DNA from: an uncultured Candidatus Poseidoniales archaeon | Lineage (GTDB): Archaea > Thermoplasmatota > Poseidoniia > Poseidoniales > Thalassarchaeaceae | Length of the DNA stretch: 50,290 bases | Reading direction: 5' to 3' | Assembly (NCBI GenBank): GCA_964016345.1 | Contig: CAXHFM010000001.1 | Coordinates: 1-50,290, forward strand | Shown: piece by piece, positions 46,963 through 50,290 of the stretch | Layout of the letters: the number at the start of each line of letters is the position of its first letter | How positions within the stretch are numbered: position 1 is the stretch's first letter | The notes under the pieces: model-generated | Told to the model about the DNA's origin: nothing | The model's input: the letters and a program-made list of their open reading frames with translations, nothing else | Database searches by the model: none | Translations under genes and position numbers: made by a program

Positions 46963-46999
46963 GGCGGGCTGGGGGATTTCCTCCCAGTCTGCCGATTTT
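46963..46999 (+). terminator. 13-bp stem hairpin followed by a U-tract; terminator candidate between convergent genes
   Basis: GGCGGGCTGGGGG-ATTTC-CTCCCAGTCTGCC (10 Watson-Crick plus 3 G-U pairs on the + transcript), followed by GATTTTA. Confidence 0.45.
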
Positions 47000-47015
47000 A
47001 GATATTCAATTATTA

Positions 47016-47360
47016 TCACTTGACGAGGGGGAGGCTACTCGTTATTGAGTCTATTTCGCTTCTAATTCCGGGGCCCAGCCCTACTACTGTTATTGTCCCG
47101 GGTGGAATCTCTGTGTGTCCTGCGTCCTTTATCATGGAAGAAATTATTCCGCTCTCCGCCGCTTCTCCGTAAATCCTTCTCAGTCCTTCCAGATGAGGGG
47201 CAGAGACGACGATCTTCCTGGCGCCTTCTCTGAGATACCTGTCGAGCATTCTGCTGTCCTTGGATCTTGCCTTTAGTATGCAGTCAGAGACAGCATGCCC
47301 GCACTGTGCTGCCATCTTTCCCTTGGTTAGGTTTAGATCGGCCCTGGTGACTAGGACCAT
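47016..47360 (-). CDS. pth2: Peptidyl-tRNA hydrolase, archaeal type (Pth2)
   Basis: MVLVTRADLNLTKGKMAAQCGHAV..., KIVVSAP, AGHTEIPPGTITVVGLGP. 114 aa. Confidence 0.9.
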   Translation of the reverse strand: MVLVTRADLNLTKGKMAAQCGHAVSDCILKARSKDSRMLDRYLREGARKIVVSAPHLEGLRRIYGEAAESGIISSMIKDAGHTEIPPGTITVVGLGPGIRSEIDSITSSLPLVK

Positions 47361-47367
47361 GGTTAGC

Positions 47368-48018
47368 TCAGGAGCTGCTCTTGACAGGGCTTACCACCAC
47401 CTCTCTACTAGTGGAGTGCCTTGTCATGATATCGGATATCGGCTCGGCCAACCAAGCTGCGAAGGCGACATTGCCGACACCGTGGACCAAATCGAATGGG
47501 AGGCCTGCCAATATGTACACTGGAAGAGTCTCGAGAGGAAGGGTGTGCAATACGCTTACTGAGACGACCCAGTCGAAAGCGAAGGCTACAACGAATGAGA
47601 CACCGGCCACTCTAGGAACAGAAATCTTGTCGTCGACCCTGAGGCTCTGCGAAAGCACTGCGCCCGTGATTCCAACGAGTGCCCATCCCAGTGCCTGGTA
47701 AAATGTCCAGAGGCCATGACCCATTACCAGATTAGATGTGATTGCAATAATCGTGGCCACGCCAATAGATCTTGTAGCCCCGTAATGAATTCCCACTAAA
47801 AGCACAACCACGGTAACCGGTTGCACGTTGGGGAGCGGTTCGAGGAGTATCCTTCCAGTGATTGCGAATATGGTGATCAACGCTAGGATTGTCAGGTCAT
47901 TTCCAGAGTCTAAGGATTTCTCGGCTTTCCACATTGACCATGCCACTACTGCCAGCAAGGAGAGGTTGAGAACCAGTGTCTCGAAGGGTGAGAGAACTAT
48001 TGCATGTGCGTCCAGCAT
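47368..48018 (-). CDS. Polytopic membrane protein, ECF-transporter S-component-like (inference)
   Basis: 216 aa, about 6 TM. The LLEPLPNVQPVTVVVLLVG motif resembles the (P)N(F/V)xP(V/I) motif of S-component-like families. It lies directly downstream of the DUF4430-like gene. Confidence 0.55.
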   Translation of the reverse strand: MLDAHAIVLSPFETLVLNLSLLAVVAWSMWKAEKSLDSGNDLTILALITIFAITGRILLEPLPNVQPVTVVVLLVGIHYGATRSIGVATIIAITSNLVMGHGLWTFYQALGWALVGITGAVLSQSLRVDDKISVPRVAGVSFVVAFAFDWVVSVSVLHTLPLETLPVYILAGLPFDLVHGVGNVAFAAWLAEPISDIMTRHSTSREVVVSPVKSSS

Positions 48019-48077
48019 TGAATCACTTTCCCAGAGATGAAAGGGCCTGTCTATTCATAATTCCGCTCATCAAGTAC

Positions 48078-48632
48078 TCACCATGTCTCTATATTCCAAC
48101 TTATCACATCGCCCTCTTCCATCACTAAACTGCCGATTCCGACCACGGAGTACCGACCATTGTGAGTCAGGCTCCAGTATGCTCCGTTGAAATCGCCTTG
48201 AACCTCTTGATCGTTCAGGCCTCCGATAGTATGGACGAATTCCCCCCAGTTGGGGTTCACGAAGTATCCTACGGCTAAGTGTCCCCCTGCGACTCTTGTT
48301 GCGTCCATCATGAAATTCATCCCATCTGTGTATCCCTCGAATCCTCCAACGCAAGCGCCAGTTAGATTGAGGTCGTAATTGACTCCGATCATGGAACCAT
48401 CAGCATTAATCATCGAAACCCCCGAAGAATATACAGGATGAGGATGTTCCACTGGGAAGTAAATGCATATGGCTTGGTTTTCATCCCATTCGTTTGGCAG
48501 TCCGACGTGAGATGACTCGCTATCACTTACGAATCTAGCAACCTCTTCGTTAACTGAGTCTCTGATGAAAGGTAGAAGGAGTAACACAGTCGCAAGTAAG
48601 GCAATGGAGCCTAGTCTAAGTTTATCTGACAT
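48078..48632 (-). CDS. Secreted/anchored DUF4430-like (transcobalamin beta-domain-like) protein
   Basis: N-terminal anchor LGSIALLATVLLLLPF. The C-terminal GAYWSLTHNGRYSVVGIGSLVMEEGDVISWNIETW fits the W-x-y-x-vNG...G......GD-x-I-x-W pattern of DUF4430. Confidence 0.55.
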   Translation of the reverse strand: MSDKLRLGSIALLATVLLLLPFIRDSVNEEVARFVSDSESSHVGLPNEWDENQAICIYFPVEHPHPVYSSGVSMINADGSMIGVNYDLNLTGACVGGFEGYTDGMNFMMDATRVAGGHLAVGYFVNPNWGEFVHTIGGLNDQEVQGDFNGAYWSLTHNGRYSVVGIGSLVMEEGDVISWNIETW

Positions 48633-48688
48633 GGAATTATTTCCATGGTAATTGGGTCCTTAAATTTTGCAGTTATTACATCCTAACT

Positions 48689-50290
48689 TCAGAGATTGTG
48701 CTTACTTATCTTGTCTCTGAGAACCTGACTTACTATCTTCCCGTCGGCAGAGCCTCCGAGCTTCTGCATTACCAACCCCATTAGAGGCCCCACAGCTGAC
48801 ATCCCTCGCTCGGAGATGAAATCGGCTTTCTCTATCATAATTGCCTCCACTGCATCCTCGACCTCACTATTATTAGCAGGGATGAAGCCACGAGAGGTAG
48901 CCTCAGATAGCATCCAATGAATCAAATCAGGGGTTTTTCTCAGTGACGATTCTTCCACAAGGGGAATAATGCCCTCCCTGGTTATTTGGCCTGTCTCCCT
49001 AAGGTGGACCGCCACAGAAAGCGCGGGGACGTTTGAAGTTCCGAATTCCAAAAGGGCGCTTGCCCACGCCTTGGCTGGAAGGCCGAGGTCTCCCTCTATT
49101 CCCTCGAATAGAATATCGTCCAATTCTCCGTTGAGAATGGATTCTGCTTGGTTATGGGATATGTCCAGTTCAGACAGCCTCTGGAATCGCTGGTCTGAAC
49201 TTAGAGGTAGGTTCGAGCATATTGCTTCCCATCTTTGGATAGAGATGTCTTGTATGGGTATATCTGTCTCTGGATACATCCTTGCTCCGCCTGGAAGTGG
49301 TCTCAGTGCAGTGGTCGTTCCATCGTCTGGCTGACCCTTTCTGACAACAACGTTTCTAACTTCTTGAGGGATTCTGTGATATGCCATTCTACATCTTTCT
49401 ATGACAGATTCCAGAGCTAGCTTTGCTTGCCAGTGTGGGGCGAGGCAGAATGCGAAGGCATCACTCTCTGAAAGCTCCAATGAGGTTCTTATTGTGATTA
49501 CATCTTCTTCTGATATTCCATATGAGGGCAGTTCATCTGAATGGAAGATTCCAGCTACTCCAGCTAATTTTGCCGCGCTAGCGAGCTCCCTTCCTAATCG
49601 AGGTAGCTGAGCTCCTTCCTGATCTGGGGACTTTGAACCCAGCTTTCCTTTGAATCCTGGAAGTCTAACAGCGAGAGGAGTTGCTCCTTCAGAAAGAGCA
49701 TTACTCACCATCATGGACTCACATGATAGTAGTGATCCAGAAATATCATGGAACTCCATTGGAACTCTAGATTTTGCGGCCATTGCCACCCTGTTTTCAA
49801 TCGTTATCTCAGTATCCCTTCGATTGGGTGGAAGAGAGGGTAATTTTGCTTCGTCCCTCAACTGATTTGCCAGCCTGTACATGTGTAGCTGTCTGGCCAT
49901 CTCAATTCTTATTATTCTTGGAATCCAATCTAAATCCTGACATCCCTTGATTTCAACTCTGTCCCCACAAGCTATACTGACATTGAGGTCTTGCCTTATG
50001 GAACCCAAACCTCTTCTCACTCTTCTTGTATCCCTTAGTAAGGAGCCCAGTGCAATGGCGGATTCCTTTGCGTGCTCGGGAGTGGTTATATCAGGGTCGG
50101 TGGCTATCTCCACTAGCGGAAGTCCTAGCCTGTCTAGAGTATATGTCACTACTTCTCCTTCTGGGGTTGATTTGGTCTCGAGCTTTCTCGCAGAGTCCTC
50201 TTCTAAGCATATCACTGAAACGCCCACTTCTCCAGTGTCTGTAAGCAATTGACCATTGGTGGAGACTAGTGTGGTCCTCTGGAATCCACT
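48689..50290 (-). CDS. gatE: Glutamyl-tRNA(Gln) amidotransferase subunit E (archaeal GatE); partial, the N-terminus lies beyond the right edge
   Basis: The frame stays open upstream of the ORF-track TTG to position 50290 (SGFQRTTLVSTNGQLLTDTGEVGVSVICLEEDSARK, the conserved GatB/E core). The C-terminal tail domain resembles GatB/YqeY. GatE is normally ~620 aa, against 534 codons here. Confidence 0.9.
   Translation of the reverse strand, partial: SGFQRTTLVSTNGQLLTDTGEVGVSVICLEEDSARKLETKSTPEGEVVTYTLDRLGLPLVEIATDPDITTPEHAKESAIALGSLLRDTRRVRRGLGSIRQDLNVSIACGDRVEIKGCQDLDWIPRIIRIEMARQLHMYRLANQLRDEAKLPSLPPNRRDTEITIENRVAMAAKSRVPMEFHDISGSLLSCESMMVSNALSEGATPLAVRLPGFKGKLGSKSPDQEGAQLPRLGRELASAAKLAGVAGIFHSDELPSYGISEEDVITIRTSLELSESDAFAFCLAPHWQAKLALESVIERCRMAYHRIPQEVRNVVVRKGQPDDGTTTALRPLPGGARMYPETDIPIQDISIQRWEAICSNLPLSSDQRFQRLSELDISHNQAESILNGELDDILFEGIEGDLGLPAKAWASALLEFGTSNVPALSVAVHLRETGQITREGIIPLVEESSLRKTPDLIHWMLSEATSRGFIPANNSEVEDAVEAIMIEKADFISERGMSAVGPLMGLVMQKLGGSADGKIVSQVLRDKISKHNL

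Overview
Dense (over 90% coding) archaeal chromosomal segment with about 46 protein genes and one tRNA-Leu(CAA). I found no rRNA, CRISPR array, integrase or transposase.

Archaeal identity is read directly from the translated ORFs:
- tuf (EF-1alpha) with rps10 (uS10)
- a family-B DNA polymerase and a GINS-like protein
- the conserved ftsZ-secE-spt5-rpl11-rpl1-P0-P1 cluster
- Pth2, GatE (runs off the right edge), a Fap7-like kinase and a CDP-alcohol phosphatidyltransferase

These are interleaved with many secreted or lipobox proteins (beta-propeller with TSP3-like repeats, PKD, BNR/Asp-box, a thioredoxin-like protein), peptidases (PepC, M20) and transporters. That mix suggests a planktonic heterotrophic euryarchaeote, possibly Marine Group II / Poseidoniales-like. 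The lineage call is inference only.

The ORF track misses one real gene: a 579-codon partial ORF on the minus strand at 1..1737 that runs off the left edge.

Most of the window is ordinary core genome. The leads I consider worth a second look are:
1. A translationally coupled, very large AddAB-type helicase-nuclease pair (1620 + 1201 aa). Both nuclease domains carry Fe-S-type cysteine signatures.
2. A uL11 gene that encodes only the C-terminal rRNA-binding domain.
3. An Spt5/NusG ORF carrying an in-frame N-terminal Nudix-like domain with a degenerate Nudix box.
4. A 555-aa polytopic membrane protein plus a small partner, with heme-copper-oxidase-like helix motifs but most metal ligands missing.
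5. A stand-alone, apparently strongly expressed MIP/aquaporin-like protein lacking NPA motifs.
6. A DUF4430-like secreted protein paired with an S-component-like membrane protein.
7. An Atg22-like MFS transporter coupled to a membrane-anchored hexapeptide-repeat transferase.

All product calls come from motif recognition by eye. No database search or HMM was run.
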